This document shows, piece after piece, positions 8,996-18,534 of a DNA stretch of 35,254 nucleotides. Within the stretch, counting starts at the first letter, position 1; every line of letters starts with the position of its first letter. Below the pieces are notes generated by a model. The model was not told the DNA's origin. It made no database searches and worked only from the letters and a program-made list of their open reading frames with translations. A program made the position numbers and the translations under genes. The stretch is from an uncultured bacterium (GTDB lineage Bacteria; JAGOEH01). The stretch spans positions 1-35,254 of the forward strand of contig CAZWDO010000030.1 in NCBI GenBank assembly GCA_964632485.1. The letters are read 5' to 3'.

Positions 8996-10411
8996 ATGGC
9001 CAATACCCCCCTATCCTCTATACAAGATACCGCCCATGAACCGACCAAACGCAAACGCGGACGCCCCCGAAAGCAGGAGCATCCGGAGATGGAAACGTCT
9101 GAAATCCAACCATCCGCAGCGACTGAAACCCAACCGCTGGAGCCGTTAGCCGAAGCGATCCCCCCCGCTGTTGAATTATCTGCTCCCATGCCGGAACTCA
9201 CGTCGGCATCTGAACCGAATCTCTCCCTTGAAGCTAAGCCCGTCGTGCATGAACCACAAATTCAGGAAAGTGTCGAGTACGAATCCACTAGCAAACTGAC
9301 CGCTATAGCCGAACCACCGGTTCCATCTGAACCTGAACTCGAAATCGAGCAGGAAACGGAATCTGATGCGATATCAAAATCTAAATTGGAACCCGCTTCC
9401 GAACCACCGACTGCCATCATCGAAGCTCCCTCAGACGCTAAACATCCCCTCCCCGATGATTTCCCCCAACTGGAGATCGATCCGGAATTCGAGCAACTGA
9501 TCACTCCGCTGACCGAACAGGAATTCTACAATCTACGGGAATCGATCACAAGCTCAAACCAAGTGCGAGACCCCATAGTCGTCTGGAACAATATCATTGT
9601 CGATGGGCATAACCGCTACAAAATATGTCAGGAAACTAAAATCATTCCGCAGATTATATCTATCGAATTCGAGAACCGGAAGCAAGCCCGCGAATGGATT
9701 ATCCGCAACCAGTTTTCCCGTCGCAATCTCTCCTTGGCCAACAAGACGTATATGATCGGGAAATTGTATAACGAACTCAAGGGCGACCGTACTCAAAATT
9801 TACGGCAACGATCGAACGGTCAAAATGCCCGTTCGGGAAATACCGCCAAGCGCTTATCCAGCTTATTTAAAATGGAAGAGAAATCGATCAGGCGAGCAGA
9901 CGAGTTTGCCCAGGTAGTCGATCGTATTCAGAATGAAGCTATCCGAATGATGATCCTCAATCGGCATGGAAACATCAAGCTCAAGGAAATTTTAAATCTG
10001 CGGAAGCTTTCGGATGAAGACCTGCAACAGGCTGTGGCAGATCTGAATCCCGATGCCCAAAATACCGAAGCCATCATTTCCAGCACCGTGAAAATCAAGC
10101 GAAAACGAAAACCGTCCACGGAACATAATACGGGCACTCAACAGGTGACGGCAAATGCCAACATGGAATATCAACAACGGGAATTAAATCCGAAATTAAC
10201 AAAAATTCTGCCCGTGTTTCTGGAAGCGCTCAAACTGGAATTGGCGCAGCGATATGGGGATTTGGAGACGATGACCTGCCCCAATTGCCACAAGGCTTTG
10301 TACTGGACTGTTTTCGATAACATTCGGCTGACAAGTGACCCACTTCAAATATCAAATTCTGAATTCAAAGTGAAATGCAACCATTGCAAGCATGAATTTA
10401 AAAATTTTTAA
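8996..10411 (+). CDS. ParB/Srx-like domain protein with an N-terminal AT-hook, a Pro/Glu-rich linker and a C-terminal CxxC...CxxC zinc ribbon
   Basis: KRKRGRPRK; IDPEF..LIxPL..QEF..L..SI; DPIVVWNNIIVDGHNRYKIC; WIIRNQFSRRNLS; CPNCH...CNHCK. Start reassigned to the ATG at 8996 on RBS evidence. Confidence 0.75.
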   Translation: MANTPLSSIQDTAHEPTKRKRGRPRKQEHPEMETSEIQPSAATETQPLEPLAEAIPPAVELSAPMPELTSASEPNLSLEAKPVVHEPQIQESVEYESTSKLTAIAEPPVPSEPELEIEQETESDAISKSKLEPASEPPTAIIEAPSDAKHPLPDDFPQLEIDPEFEQLITPLTEQEFYNLRESITSSNQVRDPIVVWNNIIVDGHNRYKICQETKIIPQIISIEFENRKQAREWIIRNQFSRRNLSLANKTYMIGKLYNELKGDRTQNLRQRSNGQNARSGNTAKRLSSLFKMEEKSIRRADEFAQVVDRIQNEAIRMMILNRHGNIKLKEILNLRKLSDEDLQQAVADLNPDAQNTEAIISSTVKIKRKRKPSTEHNTGTQQVTANANMEYQQRELNPKLTKILPVFLEALKLELAQRYGDLETMTCPNCHKALYWTVFDNIRLTSDPLQISNSEFKVKCNHCKHEFKNF

Positions 10412-10472
10412 CGAAGGGATAAATTGGCAAACATCCTGAAATAAAATAATTAATCAAAATTGGAGGGAAACA

Positions 10473-13400
10473 ATGCTAAAAGCCTCATATTTGAAAACAT
10501 TGATCGATGACTCATTGCCGTCTTCTGATATTCCTATTGAAGCATTAAATGAGATGATTGGAAAATATCCAAGTGATGTTAATTTTTTACTTCAACGTTG
10601 TGCATATTTTCTTAAATTAAAACAATATGATAACGCAGGAAATGATTGTAGCCTAATAATCAACAATTTTCCAAATCATTTTTACGCTTATAACAAAGCG
10701 CTTTTATTTGATTCTTATATTAAAATCGTCACAGATTTATTTGACAAAGCATCAGATGAGATTGTGGAGGTTTTAAATACTATTAAAGGATTTGATTTGG
10801 AATTATCGGATTTATATTATCTTCTTGCAATGTCGAAAAATTACTTAGAAGATTTTGAGTCATGTTTAAATTATTGTGATATGGCTTTACAACTGAACCC
10901 CACTGAAATAGAAATTTTAGCCTTAAAAGCAAATGCAATCGCCCATTTAAGAATGCCTGATGAGGCATTCCAGATGTTTGATTGCCTAATTAATCAAAAT
11001 CCCGACGAACCAACGATTTATACCAGAAGAGCTGAAATATATGACTTGCAGGGGGATTATGAAAAAGCTCTTTTGGATTTAAATCATGCTATTGAAATCG
11101 ATCCAAACTCAGATCATTATTTGGAACGGGGGGATTATTATGAAAAACATGAGCAATTGGCTGAAGCTTTACATGATTTTACAAAAGCAATTGAAATTGA
11201 ACCAGTGTATAGAACTTTTTCTCACCGCAGCAGTTTCTATAAAAGGCATAATAATCCTGTCAATAGCATGAAAGATTTTAATCAGGCGATTAAACTTGTT
11301 GATAATGAACAGGATTGCCAACTTGAGGAATTAATTAGTAGAAATGATAAAAAACGAAAAATAATATGCCTAAACAGAGTTATCGAAATGAATCCGAGCG
11401 CTCAAAACTATTTAAAGCGTTCTGTGTATTATTTAAAACAACAGAATTTTAAAAAAGCCTTAAAGGATGTAAATAGATCAATAAAAATCTTGCCTCTGAG
11501 TATAGCTTATGCTGTACGTGGTCTCAACTATCAACAAAATGGGAACACTTTCAAGGCTTTAAATGATTACAATAAAGCCATTGAACTTGATGATACGAAT
11601 GCCAACCACTATATCTTAAGAGCTCAACTATACAGTGAACTCAATGACTATGAAAAAGCCTTAAATGATTACAATAAAGCCACTCAGCTTGATAATACAA
11701 AGTCCTCAATTTTTTTTAATAGAGCCCAATTATTTACAACACTTAATCAATATGGCAAGGCTTTAAATGATTGCAATAAAGCCATTGAACTTGATGATAC
11801 GAATGCCAACCACTATATCTTCAGAGCTCAACTATACATTGAACTCAATGACTATGAAAAAGCTTTAAATGATTACAACAAGGCAATTGAACTTGATAAT
11901 ACGAATGCCAACTATTATTTGCAAAGAGGATTGGTCCATCAATCCCTTTATGATTTTGAGAAAGCAGAAATAGATTTGAAGCAGGCAATCAATTACACCA
12001 ATTCACAAATTGCCTATAAAAGATTAGCTTATGTACAAACGTCAATGAAAAAATATGACGAGGCGATAAGTATGATAAATAAATGGGAACTAATCGACCC
12101 TGACAATACTGAAATTGTTCTATTTAAAGCCATGTACTACAATGAAAAAAAAGATTTTAAAACAGCATTATCTCTTTGTGAAGAAACAATTAAAATGCAT
12201 CCTGATTTATTTTGGACCTACCTTTTTAAACTTGAAATTTATGAAAAGCAGAAACTATATCATGAAGCCTTGACATTTTCAAATGAAATTGTTGAGCGCT
12301 TAAAACATTTATATCAACAAAATAATAGTATAAATAAAGAAGAATGCAATTTCATAGATTCGTCTGTGCTTTTTAATATGTTTCAAGCAACCCGTGCCTA
12401 TCTTCTGCTTCATTTTAAAGAGGAAGCTGATGCATATCAGGAAATAATCGATTGTAAAAATCTTCATGACTATTTGGACAAAAAACAATTAAATCGTTCG
12501 ATTCAAATGAAAGTTATATTTTATAACTTTAACAATCTAATAAAGAGAACGACAAACATATGGATAGAGTCCACTTTCACTTTTTTTCACCGGCTGCTTA
12601 TTTTGTTTTTTAATTTTGATAAAACCAAACACTCCAATGCCATATTTGAAGAATTGATGAGTGTCCTGGACAAGATGCCATATATTGAAGTACCATTAGC
12701 CGATGGACTGTTACCTTTAATGAGAAGGATTTTGGGGCCTCAAACCAATCCTGCCGATTTCACCGCTCATTTTAAGAAAGTGGGTAAAGAAATCTTCAAT
12801 TTAGAAGCGAGAATGGCGATTCTGCGCTATATTATCCGGGAAATCAACAAAGAAAAATTCAGCGGTATCTCTTCCTCTTTCAGCGATAAGGAATTCCAGC
12901 AAATGATGGACCTGTTCATCAATCTCGAAGAAGCATTCGAGAAAAAAAACAAAGAGCTCATCGAAGACCATGAAAAACAAGTAGCCGAGGCCAAGCTCAA
13001 AGCCAAAGATGAAATTATTCAAAGCTTCTCCCATAAAATGAAAAACACCTTCCCCAAGGCGATCGCCGCCATTGAGAACGTGTTCGAGGATTACCGTGTC
13101 CGTGGCGTAGAGATTCCCCAGGAGTTGGAGGCTTCTAAAAAACAAATTCAACGCATTGAAAAAATCGCTCATTCCATCAATTTTTCTTTTAAAGGCAGCA
13201 TCGATGATGTTCGGTTTGACACCTCCCAATATGACAATGCCAAAAACATGAAGCAAATTATCGTCGAGGCCATTGAAACCGGAATTGAAAACATCCTCGA
13301 TAAAACTGGCATCTATGCCGATTTTTCCCGAGGCTATTTTGATTTGAAAACCAAGAAATTAGCCCGAACGGAATTGCATGATGTCCGCCATCGGTCTCTT

Positions 13401-13799
13401 GAATTCTTGCAATCTTTACTAACCCAGTATTTTTTCGATCTGGAGTTTGAACCGGGAGTTTCCGATTCATGGATGATCGGAAACAATCGCCATACCTTGA
13501 CCAAATTCACTGAAATCTTCGATGAATTGATATTCAATGCCATCAAGTATTCATCGACGATCGAACGGTGCAATCGAAAAATTATCCTACGGCTCACGGA
13601 AGAAACCAATAAAATCATCTTTGAACTCAGAAACAACTGTCAAATAAACGAGAATACTCCCCGCACAACCGGCATTGGTCTGGAAATTATCAAGAATACC
13701 CTTTCCTCTCTCCAAATCCCATTTGAGATCAACAAATCACCGGATTTTTTCTCCATCCGTATCGAATTCGATCATTACTGGAAACCCGCACAATTATAA
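10473..13799 (+). CDS. Cytoplasmic TPR-repeat sensor histidine kinase with an atypical HATPase domain
   Basis: Many 34-aa TPRs (YEKALNDYNKAIELD), a coiled coil, an H-box-like IIQSFSHKMKN, N-box FDELIFNAIKY and G2-box TTGIGLEII; no obvious signal peptide or TM helix. Confidence 0.8.
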   Translation: MLKASYLKTLIDDSLPSSDIPIEALNEMIGKYPSDVNFLLQRCAYFLKLKQYDNAGNDCSLIINNFPNHFYAYNKALLFDSYIKIVTDLFDKASDEIVEVLNTIKGFDLELSDLYYLLAMSKNYLEDFESCLNYCDMALQLNPTEIEILALKANAIAHLRMPDEAFQMFDCLINQNPDEPTIYTRRAEIYDLQGDYEKALLDLNHAIEIDPNSDHYLERGDYYEKHEQLAEALHDFTKAIEIEPVYRTFSHRSSFYKRHNNPVNSMKDFNQAIKLVDNEQDCQLEELISRNDKKRKIICLNRVIEMNPSAQNYLKRSVYYLKQQNFKKALKDVNRSIKILPLSIAYAVRGLNYQQNGNTFKALNDYNKAIELDDTNANHYILRAQLYSELNDYEKALNDYNKATQLDNTKSSIFFNRAQLFTTLNQYGKALNDCNKAIELDDTNANHYIFRAQLYIELNDYEKALNDYNKAIELDNTNANYYLQRGLVHQSLYDFEKAEIDLKQAINYTNSQIAYKRLAYVQTSMKKYDEAISMINKWELIDPDNTEIVLFKAMYYNEKKDFKTALSLCEETIKMHPDLFWTYLFKLEIYEKQKLYHEALTFSNEIVERLKHLYQQNNSINKEECNFIDSSVLFNMFQATRAYLLLHFKEEADAYQEIIDCKNLHDYLDKKQLNRSIQMKVIFYNFNNLIKRTTNIWIESTFTFFHRLLILFFNFDKTKHSNAIFEELMSVLDKMPYIEVPLADGLLPLMRRILGPQTNPADFTAHFKKVGKEIFNLEARMAILRYIIREINKEKFSGISSSFSDKEFQQMMDLFINLEEAFEKKNKELIEDHEKQVAEAKLKAKDEIIQSFSHKMKNTFPKAIAAIENVFEDYRVRGVEIPQELEASKKQIQRIEKIAHSINFSFKGSIDDVRFDTSQYDNAKNMKQIIVEAIETGIENILDKTGIYADFSRGYFDLKTKKLARTELHDVRHRSLEFLQSLLTQYFFDLEFEPGVSDSWMIGNNRHTLTKFTEIFDELIFNAIKYSSTIERCNRKIILRLTEETNKIIFELRNNCQINENTPRTTGIGLEIIKNTLSSLQIPFEINKSPDFFSIRIEFDHYWKPAQL

Positions 13800-13811
13800 A
13801 GGAGCGTAGAT

Positions 13812-15068
13812 ATGGGAAAGATTCGCTATATCGAAGATGAGCCGGATGCCTATTTCATGATCAACGTCTTTCAGCATGTCCTGAGCCAGGGTGAAATGAT
13901 CAACCTCAAGGAAAGCGAGAATGACCCGGATACAGTCATGGAAGCCGTACAATCGAATCCCTATATGCAACTGGTTACCGATTTCACTCAGGCGATCCAA
14001 ATTTTTCAAGATGAATTGACCCATGAAGATTTATTGATTGTCGATCGTGATTTATATGGCAATGGAATGAAATATCAGACCACTCGGCTTCCCGATGAGC
14101 TTCATCCGCCATTTGATCAAACCTTCTTTAAACGGGAGGGTGATTTTCTGATTCATTTAGCTCGCAACAGAAAATTCGATTTGGAAAACCGGTTCTGGAT
14201 ATTTACCGGAAATGATGACCCCATCCGCGAACGGGACGATTTGAAATACACTTTGAGCCAACAATTCTTAAGCAACAACATCATTATCAAAGGCAGCGAA
14301 GGTAAAAATAAGCTATCCACAATCATCGACAAAAATTTTCATCTGCAAATCGAGAATAAGCCATACTTCGATATATTGGAAAAAAAGTTGAGTTCAATCA
14401 CTGACGATAATCAGTCAATATCCTCATCCGCCCAGGAATTTTTATTTATTCTGGAACACCAGGATGATGAATCGGAACCAGTTAAATTTGCAGTGTTGAG
14501 CAAATGCCGGATATTTATCGAAAATATCTGCCATCAAATCGCTCGTACCCATAACGCGCCGGACACGGTTTGGAAAAAGAACCAGCCTGATCAATTCGGT
14601 CTGGGGGAATTCATCGGCTGGATGAAAAAGTACAATCCCCAAAATCAGCCCTATATGGCGCACCAGAACGAATTCGAAGCGGCCAAGGAATTGATATCAT
14701 TGACCCGAAGGCGATTTAATCGGAATTATCAACTGCCGGATGATTATCAGTGGTATATGGGGAATATTTTGAAGGAAATCGCATTTCAGCTGAACGCACC
14801 GGATGAACTCTGGCATGACAAAGGGAAATGGCAGTTAAATATCAATCAATTTGAACGCTGGGTTAAGGAGCATACTGAACGAAACTGTTATCAGCTAGAT
14901 TCAAACATTATTATCGAACAGTTCCTATACATGATTCACCGGATTGCCAGTGGAATCGCCGTTCATCAAAATCTGCTCGATTATCCGGGATTCCGCCCCA
15001 CGTCCAATACGGTACATGCCTTGGTATCAGTGCTCAAAGAAATAATTCTTTGGTTTGGCCAATTATGA
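13812..15068 (+). CDS. Atypical response-regulator receiver-domain protein with an uncharacterised helical C-terminal domain
   Basis: IRYIEDE (acidic pocket), DLLIVDRDL (phospho-Asp), REGDFL, FWIFTG, IIKG; starts 12 nt after the kinase stop, with an AAGGAG RBS. Confidence 0.65.
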   Translation: MGKIRYIEDEPDAYFMINVFQHVLSQGEMINLKESENDPDTVMEAVQSNPYMQLVTDFTQAIQIFQDELTHEDLLIVDRDLYGNGMKYQTTRLPDELHPPFDQTFFKREGDFLIHLARNRKFDLENRFWIFTGNDDPIRERDDLKYTLSQQFLSNNIIIKGSEGKNKLSTIIDKNFHLQIENKPYFDILEKKLSSITDDNQSISSSAQEFLFILEHQDDESEPVKFAVLSKCRIFIENICHQIARTHNAPDTVWKKNQPDQFGLGEFIGWMKKYNPQNQPYMAHQNEFEAAKELISLTRRRFNRNYQLPDDYQWYMGNILKEIAFQLNAPDELWHDKGKWQLNINQFERWVKEHTERNCYQLDSNIIIEQFLYMIHRIASGIAVHQNLLDYPGFRPTSNTVHALVSVLKEIILWFGQL

Positions 15069-15095
15069 TAAAAATCACTGAACCCATACAAGGAG

Positions 15096-15614
15096 TTGGT
15101 AATGGTAATGATCGTTGATCATTTGAAACACATGCTGGTTGAATTGATGAATAAAATCCATGCCGAAAAATGGTTTGGCAAAGAACGGGAATGCGTCAAC
15201 CGCTTTGTTTTCTCCAAACTGGTTAAAGCCGTCGGCTGTTGTCCTGAATTTATGCATACCGAACAGATCGCATTCGAAGGACGCATGAAGCAGGTTTCGA
15301 GCTCCAGCAAAAAAGAAGTCTGCAAGGATTTGGTAATCTGGAAATACAAGAACCAAACCTGTTTTGCCACGGAAAATCTGCCGCCGCAGGGAATTATCGG
15401 ATGGAAACACCGGAAGAAGCAACCGTTTCCCTACGATATTGAGTGGCTGAAACACTACACGCAGTTTTATCCATCGTGTTTTGGGATTGCGCTCAACATC
15501 GAAAATGAATCGGAATACCGGGCCACGGGGGGGGTGATTACTCAGGGGAATGTGCAAGATGAACATTGGCTGGATTATTCGCCAGCAATTGCCAATACTG
15601 AAGGAGTTCAATAA
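15096..15614 (+). CDS. Hypothetical protein, PD-(D/E)XK-like fold suspected
   Basis: E..QIAFE...KDLVIW...IIGWK pattern; its stop overlaps the mrr start (TAATG). Confidence 0.45.
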   Translation: MVMVMIVDHLKHMLVELMNKIHAEKWFGKERECVNRFVFSKLVKAVGCCPEFMHTEQIAFEGRMKQVSSSSKKEVCKDLVIWKYKNQTCFATENLPPQGIIGWKHRKKQPFPYDIEWLKHYTQFYPSCFGIALNIENESEYRATGGVITQGNVQDEHWLDYSPAIANTEGVQ

Positions 15615-16525
15615 TGATACCGGATTTCCAAACTATCATGCTGCCGTTATTGCGGACTCTTGAAGACCAAAAGGAACATAAATTTCGGGATTTGATCGAA
15701 CAACTGGCCGATACATTTCAACTATCGGAAGAGGAACGAAAAGAGTTGCTCCCCAGCGGACTTCAAGCGATGTTTGACAATCGAGTCGCATGGGCGCGTA
15801 CGTATCTGAAAAAAGCCGGATTGATCGATACCCCCAAACGAGGCAACGCAGTCATAACTGATCGAGGAATCGATGTACTCAAAGAAAATCCGACCGTTAT
15901 CAACATAAAATACCTCAGCCGATTTACTGAATTTATTGATTTCAAAAATATGCGAAAAAACTCAGTTGAGCATGAAGAACCTGCCGATAAACAACCTTCA
16001 TTGACCCCCCAGGAACAACTGGATTCTGCCTATATAGGGCTCAGACAATCTTTGGCGGATGAATTGCTTCAGCGGATCATCAAGCAATCACCAACATTTT
16101 TTGAACAACTGGTTGTGGAATTATTGGTGAAAATGGGATATGGAGGATCGATCAAAGAAGCAGGCAAAGCCATCGGCAAAACGAATGACGAAGGTATTGA
16201 CGGTACTATCAAGGAAGATCGTTTGGGACTGGATATCATTTATATTCAAGCCAAACGATGGAAACCCGGAAATGTAGTCGGCAGGCCGGAACTCCAGAAA
16301 TTCGTGGGAGCATTGGCCGGGCAAGGCGCGAAGAAAGGAATTTTCATCACAACGTCGAGTTTCACCAAAGATGCTATTGATTATTCCCCAAAAAATGAAA
16401 CCAAAATCGTATTGATTGACGGCGAGCAATTGGCTCAATTGATGATCGACTATGGAATCGGCGTTTCTTCTGTTAAAACCTATGAAATCAAACGAATCGA
16501 CAATGATTATTTCGGCGATGAGTGA
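15614..16525 (+). CDS. mrr: Mrr family (type IV) restriction endonuclease
   Basis: Mrr_N (MIPDFQTIMLPLL...NRVAWARTYLKKAGLI) and Mrr_cat (FFEQLVVELL..MGY, DEGIDG, IYIQAKRW, GIFITTS, LIDGEQL). Confidence 0.95.
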   Translation: MIPDFQTIMLPLLRTLEDQKEHKFRDLIEQLADTFQLSEEERKELLPSGLQAMFDNRVAWARTYLKKAGLIDTPKRGNAVITDRGIDVLKENPTVINIKYLSRFTEFIDFKNMRKNSVEHEEPADKQPSLTPQEQLDSAYIGLRQSLADELLQRIIKQSPTFFEQLVVELLVKMGYGGSIKEAGKAIGKTNDEGIDGTIKEDRLGLDIIYIQAKRWKPGNVVGRPELQKFVGALAGQGAKKGIFITTSSFTKDAIDYSPKNETKIVLIDGEQLAQLMIDYGIGVSSVKTYEIKRIDNDYFGDE

Positions 16526-16605
16526 TGGCATTTGAAACATATCGATAAAATAAAATCATTCGCCCCTTTAGCTTAATGGCACACACTCATTTTTTAGCGA
16601 ACAAA

Positions 16606-16724
16606 TGTAAAAAAGTGGGGAATCGGTTTGAATCTGAGACTGGGGAATACTTTTAACCCTGGGGTGGGGAATGCTTCTGACCCTGACGGGCTAAAAAGTG
16701 GGGAATTCTGCTGGCCCCCTGACA
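16606..16724. mobile_element. Orphan IS21-family-like transposon end
   Basis: Four co-oriented TGGGGAAT boxes (16616, 16641, 16665, 16699) ending in ...CTGGCCCCCTGACA; no transposase adjacent. Confidence 0.6.
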
Positions 16725-16736
16725 CTTAGAAAAATT

Positions 16737-18053
16737 TCAATTACAATACTTTCTAATAAAATCGTATGCATCTTCCATACCTAATTCACCAGCTTTAGAC
16801 CAATCCAGGCAAGCTCTTTTGATGTCTTTAAGGTAATATTTTGATAATCCTCGATTATAATAAGCAAATGGGTCGTTTGGATATAACCTAATTACTTCAT
16901 TATAATCGGCGATTGCCCCCCAATAATCTTCCAAACGGAGTTTCACATTCCCCCGATTTCCATACGCAGCAACAAAATTTACATTTAACCGAATAGCCTC
17001 ATTATAATCGGCAATTGCACTCCGATAGTCCTTTAAATCAAATTTAATATTCCCTCGATTATGATAAGCATCAGCGTGATCCGGGTTCAACCGAATGGCC
17101 TCATTATAATCGGCAATGGCACCCCGATAGTCCTTTAAATTAGTTTTATCGATACCTCGACTATAATATGCATCAGCATTATTTGGATTTAAGCGGATTG
17201 CCATATCGTAATCAGCGACCGCATCCCGATAACATTGCAAATTCGATTTGACAATCCCTCGATTCAGATAAGCCCAATCATGATTTGGATTCAATCGAAT
17301 AATCTTGCTATAATCATCTATTGCACCTTGATACTCCTGTAAAGCTAATTTACAGTTGCCGCGATTAAAATAGGCCTCAGTTAAATTAGGATTTAACCGA
17401 ATCGCTTCATCGTAATCCGCTATTGCTTCCCGGTAGAATTGCAATTCATATTTTCTATTCCCTCGATTATAATAAGCATAAGCGTTATTAGGGTTTAAAC
17501 CAATCGCCGTATTGTAATCTGCTGATGCGCCCTGGGAATCTTGTATTTTTGCTTTTGCATTTCCACGATTAACATAAGCTTTATTAAAATTAGGATTTAG
17601 CCGGATTGCTTTATCGTAATCCACTATTGCTTCACGGTAGAATTGCAATTCATATTTAGCAAGCCCTCGACTCATGAAAGTTAAATCACAGATTGGGTTC
17701 AACCGAAGAGCCTCATTATAATCGGAGATCGCACCCCGATAGTCCCGCAGGTTGAGTTTGGCATTTCCCCGATTATAATATCCGTAAGAAAAATTTGGAA
17801 ATAATTTAATCAACGAATCTGATATGCCGATTGACTCCTGATTTTTTTCATCAATTAGTTTAAACCAGGCCTGGCAATATAAACCATATTCAGATTTAGG
17901 CGATAGATCGATGATTTGTTGGCTTATTTGTTTAAGTGAATCCATATCTTCAATTTTTAAAAGCTTTGAAAACAAAGCCTTCGCGGCATCATAGTTTGAA
18001 TCCGCCAATGCATTGGAAAGCAGTACCAATAATACGATTAACACGTTCCGCAT
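16737..18053 (-). CDS. Exported TPR-repeat protein
   Basis: Signal-peptide-like MRNVLIVLLVLLSNALA (ATG at 18053 after AAAGGA); about ten AYYNRG...AIADYxxAIRLNP repeats; C-terminal ACLDWSKAGELG cap. Confidence 0.85.
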   Translation of the reverse strand: MRNVLIVLLVLLSNALADSNYDAAKALFSKLLKIEDMDSLKQISQQIIDLSPKSEYGLYCQAWFKLIDEKNQESIGISDSLIKLFPNFSYGYYNRGNAKLNLRDYRGAISDYNEALRLNPICDLTFMSRGLAKYELQFYREAIVDYDKAIRLNPNFNKAYVNRGNAKAKIQDSQGASADYNTAIGLNPNNAYAYYNRGNRKYELQFYREAIADYDEAIRLNPNLTEAYFNRGNCKLALQEYQGAIDDYSKIIRLNPNHDWAYLNRGIVKSNLQCYRDAVADYDMAIRLNPNNADAYYSRGIDKTNLKDYRGAIADYNEAIRLNPDHADAYHNRGNIKFDLKDYRSAIADYNEAIRLNVNFVAAYGNRGNVKLRLEDYWGAIADYNEVIRLYPNDPFAYYNRGLSKYYLKDIKRACLDWSKAGELGMEDAYDFIRKYCN

Positions 18054-18534
18054 ACGGCTGTCCTTTCGTTTAGTATTTACAGATATAGCATACTGATACA
18101 CAGAACTTCAGTATTTTGCGTCAGTTTATCGACGTCTGTCGGATTTCTTGCGGTAAATTAAAAACGCAATCAATAATGCGTCTTTGCATATAATTCAATT
18201 CTCCCTGTACATATATCTCTAACATCATCAATACCCAAGCAATGCAAACAATATTGAACATAAGACACTTAAATGGGTTACTCCGATATGGATAATTCGG
18301 AATCCCTCGCGTAGGCTGTCGCCAATAATAGTTACATCGCATTCAATACCTGCCTTTCCATACAATTTACCTTCAAACCGACCGACACAACCTGTCGTTC
18401 CTTATGTCAAGCTCAACCATTCCCATTGAGATTGTCAAACTACTTTTATGCATTATTCATGCCAGTCCACTCATAAAAAATTTTATAGTTAGATTGCCGG
18501 AGGCATTATTCGCCTTATCATCATGAGTCGGCAA

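Noticed and set aside
16606-16724. Mini-CRISPR or complete MITE (TGTAA...TGACA)
   Set aside because: The repeats are only 8-9 nt and all in one orientation, so the two ends are not inverted copies; this fits a single transposon end better.
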